Shown in pieces: positions 19,368 through 28,795 of a stretch of DNA of 32,000 bases. The first letter of the stretch is position 1; each line of letters starts with the position of its first letter. A model generated the notes under the pieces. The model worked only from the letters and a program-made list of their open reading frames with translations. It was not told the DNA's origin and searched no databases. The stretch is taken from the NCBI RefSeq assembly GCF_000284115.1, contig NC_017080.1, positions 3,660,001 to 3,692,000 on the forward strand, given 5' to 3'. Source of the DNA: Phycisphaera mikurensis NBRC 102666. GTDB taxonomy: Bacteria > Planctomycetota > Phycisphaerae > Phycisphaerales > Phycisphaeraceae. A program made the position numbers and the translations under genes.

Positions 19368-19429
19368 CCGCCCGGCCGCGGCCGGCTCCGACGCTTCCCC
19401 GGAAGCGGCTTGCGCGTCGCGTCGCCCGC

Positions 19430-21901
19430 TCAAGCCGCCGCCCCGTTGCCGGGCCCGCTCGCGAGCCGGTCCAGGGTCGCCTCGATGCGACGCCGCGCGT
19501 CGGCGTCGGGCTCGAGCCCGCCGAAGCGGGCGGCGTAGAAGGCCGCGGTCACCTCGACCACGCCGCCGTACGCGTCGGGGTCCTGCCGGGCGAGCGCCTC
19601 GGCCCAGGCGGCCGGGGTCTCCGACGCGGGCCGCTCCAGCCCGCGCCGCTCCAGCAGCTCCAGCAGGCGGGCGTAGAACCCGAAGCGGCGGACCGCGGCC
19701 CCGCCCTCGCCGGCATCGAAGGCCGCCGGCCGGCTGCGGGCCCGCCGCCGGAAGCCGCGGTGCCGCCGGAGGATGCCCCAGGCCAGCAGGCAGGCCAGCA
19801 CCGAGAGCACCACCGCGCCGCCGGCGACCGCCGCCCGCCACCGCGGCGTGACCGGCACCCAGCGTGTCCAGCCGAGCCGGTCGCTCAGCAGCGAGACGCC
19901 GGCGTTCCGCAGCGCCGCGAACGCACGCGCACGGGTCTGCGGATCGAAAGCCACCACGCGGCTGATCCAGGTGTACTCCGCGTGCTCGAGGAGGTGACGC
20001 GCCTGCCGGAGCCACGGCGGGCCGGCGCGGCGGTGCTCCGCCCGCACCAGCGCCGGCGGGGTCGCGTCGTAGGTCGTCCAGCCGGTGGGCAGCGGCGGCC
20101 CGCCGCCGGGGCGGGCCAGCGGCGGACCCAACGCCACCTCGGCCCAGGCGTGCGCGTGCTCCTGGCGCACCACGTAGTAGCCGCCCACCGCGTTGAACTC
20201 GCCGGCCCGGTACCCGGTCGCCACCCGGGCGGGGATGCCCACCGAGCGGCACAGGGCAACCAGGCCCGCGGCGAAGAGCTCGCAGTGGCCACGGCGACGC
20301 TCGAAGAGGAAGGCGATCACCGGGTCCTCCCCGGGTCCCGCCGGCGGGTTCTGCAGCGTGTAGTCGCAGTGGGTCCGCAGGAAGTTCTCCAGCCGCTCGA
20401 CCCGGCGGCGGTCGTCGGGCAGCGGCCCAGCCGCGGGGTCGCGCTCGAGCCCCGCCGCGGCGAGCACGTTCTGGGCGAGTGCCGCGACCCGGGCGGGCTG
20501 CACCTCCCAGCGTCGCGACTCGCCGCCGGGATCGGCCGGCTGCCCCGACGCCGCGCCAGCCTCCAGGGAACCGCCCACGCGGGTGATCGGCCGCAGCCAG
20601 CCGAGCCAGTGGGGCCGCCGCCCCGCCCCGCCCGCCGGCGCCTCGCCGCCGCGGCGCAGGCCCCGCCCGCCGGGGCCCGGGGACGCCTCGGGCGGCGGCG
20701 CCAGGAAGCGGTCGTAGGCCTCCGCCAGCCCCGCCTCCCGCAGCGGGACCACCGTCGCCTCGTACGCCTCCAGGGGCGAGGCGTCGCGGTCGATCGACTG
20801 GAGGCGGCGGTCGATCGGGTTGAAGCCCAGCGAGCGGAGGCCGTCGATCCGGACCCGCAGCGGCGTGCCCGCGGCCATCAGCCGCGAAGTCGGCAGGAAC
20901 AGCGTGTCCAGCGGGGCGCCCCGCTGCGTCGCCTCCAGGGACCAGTGGGTGCTGGGCCGGGCGTTTAGCGCCGCCCCCGACGCGAAGACCAGCGCCCCGG
21001 CGGCCTCGGGCGGCAGGCGCAGGAGCACGTCCTCGCGGCCCATCGCGGCGCTGCGGACCCAGCTGCGGCTCTCGGGCTCGTAGCGGTCCAGCGCCGCCCC
21101 GCGCAGCAGGAAGTCGCGGCCGTCGCGGCCGATGTTCGAGCCGTCCTGCCGCAGCGTCACGTGCAGCACGGGGCCGCCGAGGTCCCGCGTGGGCGGGGCG
21201 ACCCCCAGGTCGACGCGGGCCGCGAAGCCCGTCCCGCGGAGCCCCCCCAGCGTGCGGGCGGTGTCGCCGCGGGTGCCGCCCTCCCGCCGCGGGGTGGCGA
21301 CGAAGACCGCCGAGGCGACCAGCGCCGCCACCACGACGCCCGCGGCGAAGGCGCGGCCCATCCGCGGCGCCACCGGCGTCGGCGGCGGCGGGATCGCACC
21401 GCCGCCGAGGCGGGCGTTGCGGGCGGCGATCCGCTCGACGCTCGCCCGCATCGACAGCCGCGTGAGCGCCGCGGCCGCGACCGCGCACCACGCCATCATC
21501 GCGACGCCGTCGAGCACCGTGGACGAAAGCGTCGACGCGGCGAGCACCTGGATCAAGCCCAGCACCAGCAGGAGCGCCTCGTCCCGCGTCGTCCGGCGGG
21601 AGAGCAAGAGCATGCCCTGGAGCATCGCCGTGAAGTGCCCCATCGCCACCACCAGCTCCATCCCCGGCCGGCGCGTCTCGAGGATCATGACGCCCACCGC
21701 GACCAGCGCCCCCGCGTTGACCCAGGCGGGCCGCAGCGGCAGCGGCGAGCGGTCGCCCAGCCGGTGGCACGCCCGGACCGCGGCGTAGACCGTGAAGGCA
21801 AGCACGGCGAAAGCGGCGTTGCGCTCCGCGATCGCCAGGCAGCCCACGCCCAGCAGCGCCTGCGCGTCGAGCAGCCGGCGGGTGGAGCGGGTGAGCGTCA
21901 C
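19430..21901 (-). CDS. TgpA-like transmembrane transglutaminase-like protein (DUF3488/transglut_core)
   Basis: GTG start; TM-rich N-terminus, then CDYTLQNPPAGPGEDPVIAFLFERRRGHCELFAAGLVALCRSVGIPARVATGYRAGEFN...YYVVRQEHAHAWAEV...WTTYDATPP (Cys-His-Asp transglutaminase motifs), C-terminal TM and DUF4129-like tail. Confidence 0.9.
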   Translation of the reverse strand: MTLTRSTRRLLDAQALLGVGCLAIAERNAAFAVLAFTVYAAVRACHRLGDRSPLPLRPAWVNAGALVAVGVMILETRRPGMELVVAMGHFTAMLQGMLLLSRRTTRDEALLLVLGLIQVLAASTLSSTVLDGVAMMAWCAVAAAALTRLSMRASVERIAARNARLGGGAIPPPPTPVAPRMGRAFAAGVVVAALVASAVFVATPRREGGTRGDTARTLGGLRGTGFAARVDLGVAPPTRDLGGPVLHVTLRQDGSNIGRDGRDFLLRGAALDRYEPESRSWVRSAAMGREDVLLRLPPEAAGALVFASGAALNARPSTHWSLEATQRGAPLDTLFLPTSRLMAAGTPLRVRIDGLRSLGFNPIDRRLQSIDRDASPLEAYEATVVPLREAGLAEAYDRFLAPPPEASPGPGGRGLRRGGEAPAGGAGRRPHWLGWLRPITRVGGSLEAGAASGQPADPGGESRRWEVQPARVAALAQNVLAAAGLERDPAAGPLPDDRRRVERLENFLRTHCDYTLQNPPAGPGEDPVIAFLFERRRGHCELFAAGLVALCRSVGIPARVATGYRAGEFNAVGGYYVVRQEHAHAWAEVALGPPLARPGGGPPLPTGWTTYDATPPALVRAEHRRAGPPWLRQARHLLEHAEYTWISRVVAFDPQTRARAFAALRNAGVSLLSDRLGWTRWVPVTPRWRAAVAGGAVVLSVLACLLAWGILRRHRGFRRRARSRPAAFDAGEGGAAVRRFGFYARLLELLERRGLERPASETPAAWAEALARQDPDAYGGVVEVTAAFYAARFGGLEPDADARRRIEATLDRLASGPGNGAAA

Positions 21902-23190
21902 CGCGTGCCCTCCGCCACCGCGTGCGCCCGGGCCGCCGCCGGTCCCGCCGCCGCCACCGCCACCGCCTGCGCGACCGGGCCTTCCGCCGCCACCGGGCGG
22001 GGGTTCCGGCCGCCCGTGGCCGCGAAGCACAGCACCGCCGCAGCCGGCTCCCCCGGTGTCGCCGCCGCCGGACACACGCGGACCGTGACGTCGTGCAGCA
22101 CCCGTGGGGAGGGGTCGGCCGCCGGCGGCGGCGCCGAGAGGTCCAGCCGGCCCAGCGCCGCCAGCAGGCGGTCGCGGTGGGCGAGCGCGTGGTGCGGCGT
22201 GAAGCCCGGCATCGACACGCCCGCCGCGTGCAGCCCGACGCGGAAGCCCCCGGCGTGGGCCCGCGCCACCAGCGATGCGGCGACGCGGATCGCGGCCTCG
22301 GCGGCCTCGGCGTCCGCCCGGTCCGCGGCTCCGCCCTCGGGCGAGCGCAGGTCCAGCAGCACCACCACCCGCGGCGGCTCGGGCCGGGCCAGCTCGCGCA
22401 CCATCAGCTCGCCCTGCCGGGCGCTGCGCTTCCAGTCCAGCGTCCGCAGCGGGTCGCCGGGCCGGTAGCCGCGGCTGCCGTAGAAGTCGCCCTCCACCCC
22501 CGGCGCCACCCGCGCCGCGACGCCGTCGGGCCCGGGCAGCGGCCGGGCGGCGCGGGCGACCAGCCGCGGCGCCAGCGGCGTGACCCCCGGCAGCACCCGC
22601 AGCACGTCCTCCTGCTCGAAGACACGCGACCGCCGGAACAGCCCCAGCGGGAACGTCGTCGAGACCTCGAATGCCGTCAGCCGCCGCTCGCCGCGGCCGG
22701 GCGCCGGCCCGGTGGCTTCCGCGAGCACCGCCGCCCCCGGCCGCACCTGCGGCACCCACGCCCACGGCAATGCGTCCACCTCCGCCGCGTCGCCCAGCTC
22801 GCGGACACGCAGCGACAGGCAGGCCAGCCGGCCGCGGTTGCGCAGCGTGTAGCCCAGCGACAGCGGCGCCCCGGCCACGCAGCGACCCGGACGCACCCGC
22901 GTCGCCTCCAGCCTCCGCAGCACGAGCGAGCCGTGCAGCAGCGCGAACGCCGCCGCGCCCGCCCCGAGCCCGAACAGCCAGAACAGCAGATTGGCCTGCG
23001 TGTACAGCGCCGTCGCCAGCACCAGCACCGCCGCGCCGAAGAAGCCGGGCGCCACCGTCCGCTCGCGGCCCCGCCAGCGGGGGCGGCCGACCGACCCGGC
23101 CGCGGCCCAACCACGCCCGCGCCGGGGCGCGGCCCCCGGCCCGGCGGCGGGAGAGCGGGAGCCGGGCGCAGGCGTCGCGGCCGGGCTCAA
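21898..23190 (-). CDS. DUF58 domain-containing protein
   Basis: TTG start overlapping the upstream stop (TTGA); DFYGSRGYRPGDPLRTLDWKRSARQGELMVRELARPEPPRVVVLLDLRSPEG; two N-terminal TM segments. Confidence 0.88.
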   Translation of the reverse strand: MSPAATPAPGSRSPAAGPGAAPRRGRGWAAAGSVGRPRWRGRERTVAPGFFGAAVLVLATALYTQANLLFWLFGLGAGAAAFALLHGSLVLRRLEATRVRPGRCVAGAPLSLGYTLRNRGRLACLSLRVRELGDAAEVDALPWAWVPQVRPGAAVLAEATGPAPGRGERRLTAFEVSTTFPLGLFRRSRVFEQEDVLRVLPGVTPLAPRLVARAARPLPGPDGVAARVAPGVEGDFYGSRGYRPGDPLRTLDWKRSARQGELMVRELARPEPPRVVVLLDLRSPEGGAADRADAEAAEAAIRVAASLVARAHAGGFRVGLHAAGVSMPGFTPHHALAHRDRLLAALGRLDLSAPPPAADPSPRVLHDVTVRVCPAAATPGEPAAAVLCFAATGGRNPRPVAAEGPVAQAVAVAAAGPAAARAHAVAEGTR

Positions 23191-23645
23191 TCCAGGTACG
23201 GCCGCGCCTGCCGCAGCGTCTCGTCGAGGAAGTCCGTTGGCGACGCCGATCGGTCGCGGCCCACCGGCATCGTCACCAGCACCCGCTTGCCGCGGCCGGG
23301 CAGCGGGAAGAAGCCGACGGCGGGCGCGAAGCCTTGCCGCCGCGCCTCCAGGCCGGCGTCGATCCGGAGCACCCCGGCGCCGGCGACGTCGGGCCGCAGC
23401 TCGAACCAGCCATCGGGCCCCGACACGGCGTTGCCCGCGTCGCGGCGGTTGAGCCGCTGGGGGTTCTCCGCCAGCGCGAGCCGGACCTCCGGCAGCGGCG
23501 GCCGCGACACGAGCCGCGGGTCGTCCGCCCGCACCACCTCCACCCCCGCCGGCGCCCCCTCCACCACCCGGCCGCGCAGCGCGTACGGCGAGCAGCCCGC
23601 CGCCAGCAGCTGCGCGATCAGCAGCGGGAGCAGGACCCGGCTCAA
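23187..23645 (-). CDS. Hypothetical lipoprotein
   Basis: TTG start; LSRVLLPLLIAQLLAAGCSPYALRGRVVEGAPAGVEVVRADDPRL...; 152 aa; 4-nt overlaps on both sides. Confidence 0.72.
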   Translation of the reverse strand: MSRVLLPLLIAQLLAAGCSPYALRGRVVEGAPAGVEVVRADDPRLVSRPPLPEVRLALAENPQRLNRRDAGNAVSGPDGWFELRPDVAGAGVLRIDAGLEARRQGFAPAVGFFPLPGRGKRVLVTMPVGRDRSASPTDFLDETLRQARPYLD

Positions 23646-24250
23646 CCGCCGCTCCCCGGCTTGGGCGCCCCATCCGCCGGCGGCAGCTCCGCCAGCGACG
23701 CCAGGCCGAACACCTCCAAAAAGCGCGGCGTGGTGCCGTAGAGGATCGGCCGGCCGACCTCCTCGGCCCGCCCCGCGATCCGCACCAGGTGCCGCTCCAT
23801 CAGCGACCGCAGCACCTCGCCGCACGCCGCCCCGCGGACCGCCTCGAGCTCCGCACGCAGCACCGGCTGGCGGTACGCCACCACCGCCAGCGTCTCGAGC
23901 GCCGCCGGCGACAGCCGCCCCGACGACCGGGAGCGGTGCAGCGAGGCCAGAAACGCCGCGTGCTCGGGCAGCGTCATCACGCGGAAGCCCCCCGCCACCG
24001 CCTCCACCCGGAAGGCCCGCCCCTCCCGCTGGTAGGCCTCGTTCAACGCCGCCACCGCTTCGTTCACCGGCTGGCTGTGCTCCAGCCCCAGCGCCTCGGC
24101 GAGCCGCCCCGCCGGCACCGCCCGCTCGGCCGAGATCAGCGCCGCCTCCACGCGGGCGGCGAGCCGCGCCGGGTCGTCCGCCGCGGCGGGCCGCTCGACG
24201 GAGGCCTCCGCCGGGGCCGACTGCGCCTGCATGCCCACGGCGGCTTCCAT
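23642..24250 (-). CDS. scpB: Segregation and condensation protein B
   Basis: RVEAALISAERAVPAGRLAEALGL...ALNEAYQREGRAFRVEAVAGGFRVMTLPEHAAFLASLHRSRSSGRLSPAALETLAVVAYRQPVLRAELEAVRGAACGEVLRSLMERHLVRIAGRAEEVGRPILYGTTPRFLEVFGLASLAELP. Confidence 0.93.
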   Translation of the reverse strand: MEAAVGMQAQSAPAEASVERPAAADDPARLAARVEAALISAERAVPAGRLAEALGLEHSQPVNEAVAALNEAYQREGRAFRVEAVAGGFRVMTLPEHAAFLASLHRSRSSGRLSPAALETLAVVAYRQPVLRAELEAVRGAACGEVLRSLMERHLVRIAGRAEEVGRPILYGTTPRFLEVFGLASLAELPPADGAPKPGSGG

Positions 24251-24399
24251 CGCGGCAGCCTACCGCGGGGCGACGCCGCGGAAGGCCCCCGCGGTGCCCG
24301 CGACCCGCCGGCCGCGCCCGCTCGGCCGCTCCGCTTCCTCCCCGGGAACCGGAGAGGGCTTGCGCAGGGGCAGACCAAGCCGCTCCGTAGCATCGCGGG

Positions 24400-24774
24400 A
24401 TGGACACCCCCGACGACCGCCGGTACCTCCCCTCCCACGAGTGGCACCGCCTGCTCGACGACGGCACCGTCGAGGTCGGCATCTCCGCCTTCGCCGTCGA
24501 CGAGCTCACCGACATCACCTACGTCGAGGCCTCCGCCGCCGCCGGCGATCGCGTCGCCGCCAACGAGCCGTTCGGCGAGATCGAGTCCGTGAAGGCCACC
24601 AGCGAGCTGTACTGCGGCCTCGACGGCACCGTCACCGAGATCAACCCGGCCGTCATCGAGCGGCCCGAGACCATCAACGACGACTGCTACGGCACCGGCT
24701 GGATCCTGCGGCTGAAGCCGGACGACGCCGAACAGATGAGCGGCCTCCTGGAGGCCTCGGCCTACGCCAAGTGA
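24400..24774 (+). CDS. gcvH: Glycine cleavage system H protein
   Basis: YLPSHEWHRLLDDGTVEVGISAFAVDELTDITYVE...PFGEIESVKATSELYCGLDGTVTEIN (lipoyl-Lys ESVKA). Confidence 0.96.
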   Translation: MDTPDDRRYLPSHEWHRLLDDGTVEVGISAFAVDELTDITYVEASAAAGDRVAANEPFGEIESVKATSELYCGLDGTVTEINPAVIERPETINDDCYGTGWILRLKPDDAEQMSGLLEASAYAK

Positions 24775-24938
24775 TCGCCGCGCCGAAGCGCTCATCGGAG
24801 CGCCGGCTCGTCCGGGCCGAGCCGCTGCGTACGCGGCGGGGGCGATGCCGCCGCGGATCCCCACCCGCCGGCCCGGAGCCGGCGCAGCGTCCTGCGCGTC
24901 TCCCCGCGGGCCGGATCCCAGCGGTAGGCTGCGAACCC

Positions 24939-25883
24939 GTGATCGTCGACCTCCACACCAGGATCTGGAACTCCGTCGACAGCCTCGGCGACGCCATCGC
25001 CGCGCAGGCCCGCCGCACGCGCGAGGACGCGTCCAGGGCGATCACCGCCTCCTTCGACGTCCACGAGGTGGCGATGGCGCCGGTCTCGGTCGCCGTCGTC
25101 CACGGGCTCGACAGCCACCTGCTCGACGCCCGGCTCGACGCCGGGGCCGTCGCCGCCGAGGTCGCCCGCTCCAAGGACACGCTCCTGGGCTTCGTCGGCC
25201 TCGACCCGCTCGGCGACGATCCCACCGGCCGGCTGCACGCCGCAGTCGACGACCACGGCTGCGTGGGCGTGAACCTCTGCCCCGCCGCCGGCGGCTTCCA
25301 CCCCAGCGCCACCCCCACGATGGAGCTTCTCGAGGCCGTGGCCGAGCGGGGCCTGCCGGTCTACGTGGAAGCCGGCGCCCAGCTCGCCCGCGAGGCCAAG
25401 CTCGAGTTCGCCCAGCCCTTCCTGCTCGACGAGGTGCTGCGGACCTTCCCGGAGATGAAGCTGGTGATCTCCGGCTTCGGCGAGCCCTGGCCCAACCAGA
25501 CGGTGGCGCTGCTCCGCAAGCACCCGCAGGCCTTCACCGACGTCTCGGGCCTCGTCTCCCGCCCGTGGCAGCTGTACAACGCGCTGGTCTCGGCCTGGCA
25601 GGCGGGCGTGATGGACCAGGTGCTCTTCGGCTCGGGCTTCCCCGCCGCGGATCCCGAGCGGGCGATCGTGACGCTCTACAGCGTGAACTCGCTCACCCAG
25701 GGCACGCCGCTGCCGAGCATCCCGCGCGAGCAGCTCCGCGGCGTGGTCGAGCGCGACACGCTGAAGATCCTCGGCCTGCCCGACCCCACCCCCGAGGACG
25801 CCGGCGACGCGAAGAGCTCGTCCGCCTTCGCGCGCGTGGTCGTCGAGTCCGGCCCGGGCGAGGCGGGCGCGGAGCGGAAGTGA
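24939..25883 (+). CDS. Amidohydrolase-family (TIM-barrel metal-dependent hydrolase) protein
   Basis: IVDLHTRIWNSVDSLGDAIAAQ...LLGFVGLDPLGDDP...GVNLCPAAGGFHPS...EMKLVISGFGEPW...DQVLFGSGFPAADPE; GTG start. Confidence 0.78.
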   Translation: MIVDLHTRIWNSVDSLGDAIAAQARRTREDASRAITASFDVHEVAMAPVSVAVVHGLDSHLLDARLDAGAVAAEVARSKDTLLGFVGLDPLGDDPTGRLHAAVDDHGCVGVNLCPAAGGFHPSATPTMELLEAVAERGLPVYVEAGAQLAREAKLEFAQPFLLDEVLRTFPEMKLVISGFGEPWPNQTVALLRKHPQAFTDVSGLVSRPWQLYNALVSAWQAGVMDQVLFGSGFPAADPERAIVTLYSVNSLTQGTPLPSIPREQLRGVVERDTLKILGLPDPTPEDAGDAKSSSAFARVVVESGPGEAGAERK

Positions 25884-26509
25884 AGCGGCCGCCCCGCCTC
25901 CTCGGCCCGCTCGCCGCCGCTTCGGCGCTCGCCGCCGCGCTGCTTGGCGGCTGCGCCTCGCCGTCGTCGCTGGTCGTCCGCGGGCAGGCCACGCCCGGCG
26001 GGCCGCCGGTCGAGCTCGTCGGCGACTTCGACACCGCGTGGTACCGCACCGACGACCCCAACCAGGCCACCTTCGTGCTGCTCGACGGCCCGCCCGAGCG
26101 GCCGCGGCAGGCCGCCGTCATCGAGCTGTTCTGGCGGCCCCGCTCCGGGCTCACGCCCGTCGAGCCCGCCGCCACGAACATGACGGTGACGCACCTGGTG
26201 TTCGCCCAGCGGTCGGCGGAGCTGGGGCCCGGCGTGGACGCCGGCGACCGCGGCGAGCTGGGCGTGTACGCCGGCGCGGGCTTCCTCTTCCCCCGCAAGC
26301 CCCTCGGCGGGCGCACCCTCGTCGCCGGGGTGTGGGACGCGAGCCTCCGCCTGGAGACCCGCTCCGAGGGCTTCGTCGACCTGCTGGGCCTCGCCCGCAT
26401 GACCGGGACCTTCACCGCGACCCGCGACGAGGGGAGGGTCGACGAGCTGCTCCGCGAACTCTCCCTGGAGACGCGTGACCGCCTGGGCTTCCCCCGCCCG
26501 CTCCGGTAG
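25880..26509 (+). CDS. Hypothetical lipoprotein
   Basis: (V)KRPPRLLGPLAAASALAAALLGGCASPSS lipobox; GTGA overlap with the previous gene. Confidence 0.7.
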   Translation: MKRPPRLLGPLAAASALAAALLGGCASPSSLVVRGQATPGGPPVELVGDFDTAWYRTDDPNQATFVLLDGPPERPRQAAVIELFWRPRSGLTPVEPAATNMTVTHLVFAQRSAELGPGVDAGDRGELGVYAGAGFLFPRKPLGGRTLVAGVWDASLRLETRSEGFVDLLGLARMTGTFTATRDEGRVDELLRELSLETRDRLGFPRPLR

Positions 26510-26551
26510 CCGCGCCCGCGGGTCCGGGAGGTCCACCGGGAAGCGGCCCGC

Positions 26552-27364
26552 TCAGCCGCGCTGCTCCCGCGGGCAGAGGTAGACGCTCCTGCCCGCCTGC
26601 TTGATCTCCTCGACCGGGCCGCCGCACCCGCGGCAGGCCTCGCGGCGGTAGACCCAGAAACGCTCATCGGCGTCGAGCTCCCGCCACCCCCTTTTGCCCA
26701 CCGCCTCGGGCTCGACGCACAGGATGTGGCGGTGTCGCACGCCGACCTTCAGCAGGTACACCGCGTCGTCGTACATCGCGTCGAACACCGCCGGGTCGAC
26801 CCGCCTGCCCGGCGTCCGCGGGTCCAGCCGCGCCCGGTACAGCAGCTCCGCCCGGTAGGCGTTGCCGATGCCGCTGGTGATCCGCTGGTCCATCAGCGCC
26901 ACCCCGATCGGCGTGACGCTGCCGAGCATCCGCTCGCGGACGGCGTCCCGCGACGCCGCCGCCGCGGGCCCGAGCAGGTCGACGCCGATCCGCTTTCGGA
27001 TGGCCGCGACCTCGTCCGCCTCCAGCAGCTCGCAGGCCGTGGGCCCGGTGAGGTCGACGCCCACGCGGGAGCCCGGCGCCGTCAGCCGCCAACGCACCGC
27101 CGGCGTGGGCTCGGGCCAGCCGCCCGACGCGCGACGGATCTTCTTGAAGCGTCCGTACATGCCCAGGTGCACGTGCACGACGCCGGGCCGGTAGTGGTAG
27201 AAGAGGTGCTTGCCCAGCGGCTCCACCCGCTGCAGCTTGCAGCCGTCGATCACCGAGGCGTCCTCCGCGAAGCGGCCCTGGGGCGAGCTCGACGCGGTCC
27301 GCTTGCCGCTTAGAAGCAGGTTCTGGAAGCGGGCGTGGCGGTGGATCGTGTGTCCCTCGGGCAT
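26552..27364 (-). CDS. Formamidopyrimidine-DNA glycosylase / endonuclease VIII (Fpg/Nei) family
   Basis: MPEGHTIHRHARFQNLLL...LGKHLFYHY...VHLGMYGRF...LMDQRITSGIGNAYRAELLYRARLDP...CRGCGGPVEEIKQAGRSVYLCPREQ (zinc finger). Confidence 0.93.
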   Translation of the reverse strand: MPEGHTIHRHARFQNLLLSGKRTASSSPQGRFAEDASVIDGCKLQRVEPLGKHLFYHYRPGVVHVHLGMYGRFKKIRRASGGWPEPTPAVRWRLTAPGSRVGVDLTGPTACELLEADEVAAIRKRIGVDLLGPAAAASRDAVRERMLGSVTPIGVALMDQRITSGIGNAYRAELLYRARLDPRTPGRRVDPAVFDAMYDDAVYLLKVGVRHRHILCVEPEAVGKRGWRELDADERFWVYRREACRGCGGPVEEIKQAGRSVYLCPREQRG

Positions 27365-27443
27365 GGCGGGGCGACCCTACGGAGCAGCCGGGTGCCGTTC
27401 CAAGACCGGGCCTCCGGCGGAGCGGCGCCACGTACGCTCGGGC

Positions 27444-28724
27444 GTGCCCGCCCTCGCCCCCCCGACCTCCACCGCCTTCGACGTCGACGCGCTGCGGGCT
27501 TGCTTCCCGATCCTCACCCGCGAGGTGCACGGCAAGCCGCTGGTCTACCTCGACAACGCCGCCTCAGCGCAGAAGCCCGACGCCGTCATCGACGCCGTCT
27601 CGGAGTACTACCGCCAGCACCACGCCAACGTCCACCGCGGCCTGCACGTGCTCGCCGAAGAGGCGACGGCGCTCTACGAGGGCGCGCGTTCCGCCTTCGC
27701 CCGCTTCATCAACGCGGGCACGCCGCAGGAGTGCGTCTTCGTCCGCGGGGCCACCGAGGCGATCAACCTCGTCGCCGGCTCGATGACGCGGCCGGGCCAT
27801 GCGCTCTCGCTGCGGCCCGGCGACAGAGTGCTGCTGACCGGGATGGAGCACCACTCCAACATCGTGCCGTGGCAGCTGGCCTGCGAGGCGACCGGGGCCG
27901 AGATCGTCGTCGCCGGCGTGCTCGACGACGGCTCGCTCGACGCCGACGCGTTCCAAGCGCACCTGGACGCGGGCGGCGTGAAGATCGCGAGCTTCGTGTG
28001 GGTGAGCAACGCGCTGGGCACGGTCAACCCGGCGAAGGCGCTGACCGCCGCGGCGCAGGCCGCCGGCGCCGCCGTGCTCGTCGACGCGTGCCAAGCCGCC
28101 CCGCACCTGAAGATGGACGTGGCCGACCTCGGCTGCGACTTCCTCGCGGTGTCCGGCCACAAGATGTTCGGGCCCACCGGCATCGGCGTGCTCTACGGCC
28201 GGGCGGAGCGGCTGGCCGCCATGCCGCCCTACCAGGGCGGCGGCGAGATGATCCAGCGGGTGAGCTTCGAGAAGAGCACCTACGCCGACCCGCCGCACCG
28301 CTTCGAGGCCGGGACGCCGAACATGGCCGGGGCCGCGGGCTTGGGCGCCGCGGTGCGATTCATGGAGGACGAGCTCGTCAGCGATCCTCTGGTCTGGGAA
28401 GCCGCGCAGGCGCACGAGCACGCGCTGCTGGAGCGGGCGACGCGGCGGCTCGAAGCGATCGAGGGGCTCCGCATCCTCGGCACCGCGCCGGGCAAGGCCG
28501 CGGTCGTCTCGTTCCTCGTCGACGGCGTCCACCCCTACGACCTGGGCCCGGTGCTGGACCGCGCGGGCGTCGCGATCCGGACCGGCCACCACTGCACCGA
28601 GCCGCTGATGGCCCGCTTCGGCGTGCCGGCCACGGCCCGGGCCAGCTTCGCCTTCTACAACACGCTGGACGAGGCCGACGCCTTCGCCGACGCCCTGGAG
28701 CGTGGGCTCCGCTTCTTCCGCTGA
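27444..28724 (+). CDS. sufS: Cysteine desulfurase, SufS family
   Basis: PLVYLDNAASAQKPDAVIDAVSEYYRQHHANVHRGLHVLAEEATALYEGAR...DFLAVSGHKMFGPTGIGVLYGR...VAIRTGHHCTEPLMARFGVPATARASFAFYNT. Confidence 0.95.
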   Translation: MPALAPPTSTAFDVDALRACFPILTREVHGKPLVYLDNAASAQKPDAVIDAVSEYYRQHHANVHRGLHVLAEEATALYEGARSAFARFINAGTPQECVFVRGATEAINLVAGSMTRPGHALSLRPGDRVLLTGMEHHSNIVPWQLACEATGAEIVVAGVLDDGSLDADAFQAHLDAGGVKIASFVWVSNALGTVNPAKALTAAAQAAGAAVLVDACQAAPHLKMDVADLGCDFLAVSGHKMFGPTGIGVLYGRAERLAAMPPYQGGGEMIQRVSFEKSTYADPPHRFEAGTPNMAGAAGLGAAVRFMEDELVSDPLVWEAAQAHEHALLERATRRLEAIEGLRILGTAPGKAAVVSFLVDGVHPYDLGPVLDRAGVAIRTGHHCTEPLMARFGVPATARASFAFYNTLDEADAFADALERGLRFFR

Positions 28725-28730
28725 GGCGTC

Positions 28731-28776
28731 CCGCGGACCGCGAGCCGGTCACGGCGGGAACGCCGGCGGTCCGCGG
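28731..28776. repeat. Dyad copy D: ccgcggaccgc - 24 nt - gcggtccgcgg
   Basis: 11-bp perfect arms 28731-28741 and 28766-28776, between sufS and the gph-like gene. Confidence 0.85.
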
Positions 28777-28795
28777 CTCCGTACGCTCGCCGCCC

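Noticed and set aside
16845-19538. 897 aa + strand ORF and similar giant ORFs (e.g. 3977..6361, 13683..16418, 21922..24390; upstream part of 17289..21770 minus)
   Set aside because: Compositionally biased, overlap genes with strong homology-like motifs on other frames; only the VanZ-MurJ section of 17289..21770 is credible.
24340-24400. -35 boxes for the TAnnnT promoters (e.g. TTGCGC upstream of gcvH)
   Set aside because: Spacing to the putative -10 is not consistent between genes (about 22 nt here), so no -35 consensus can be supported by eye.
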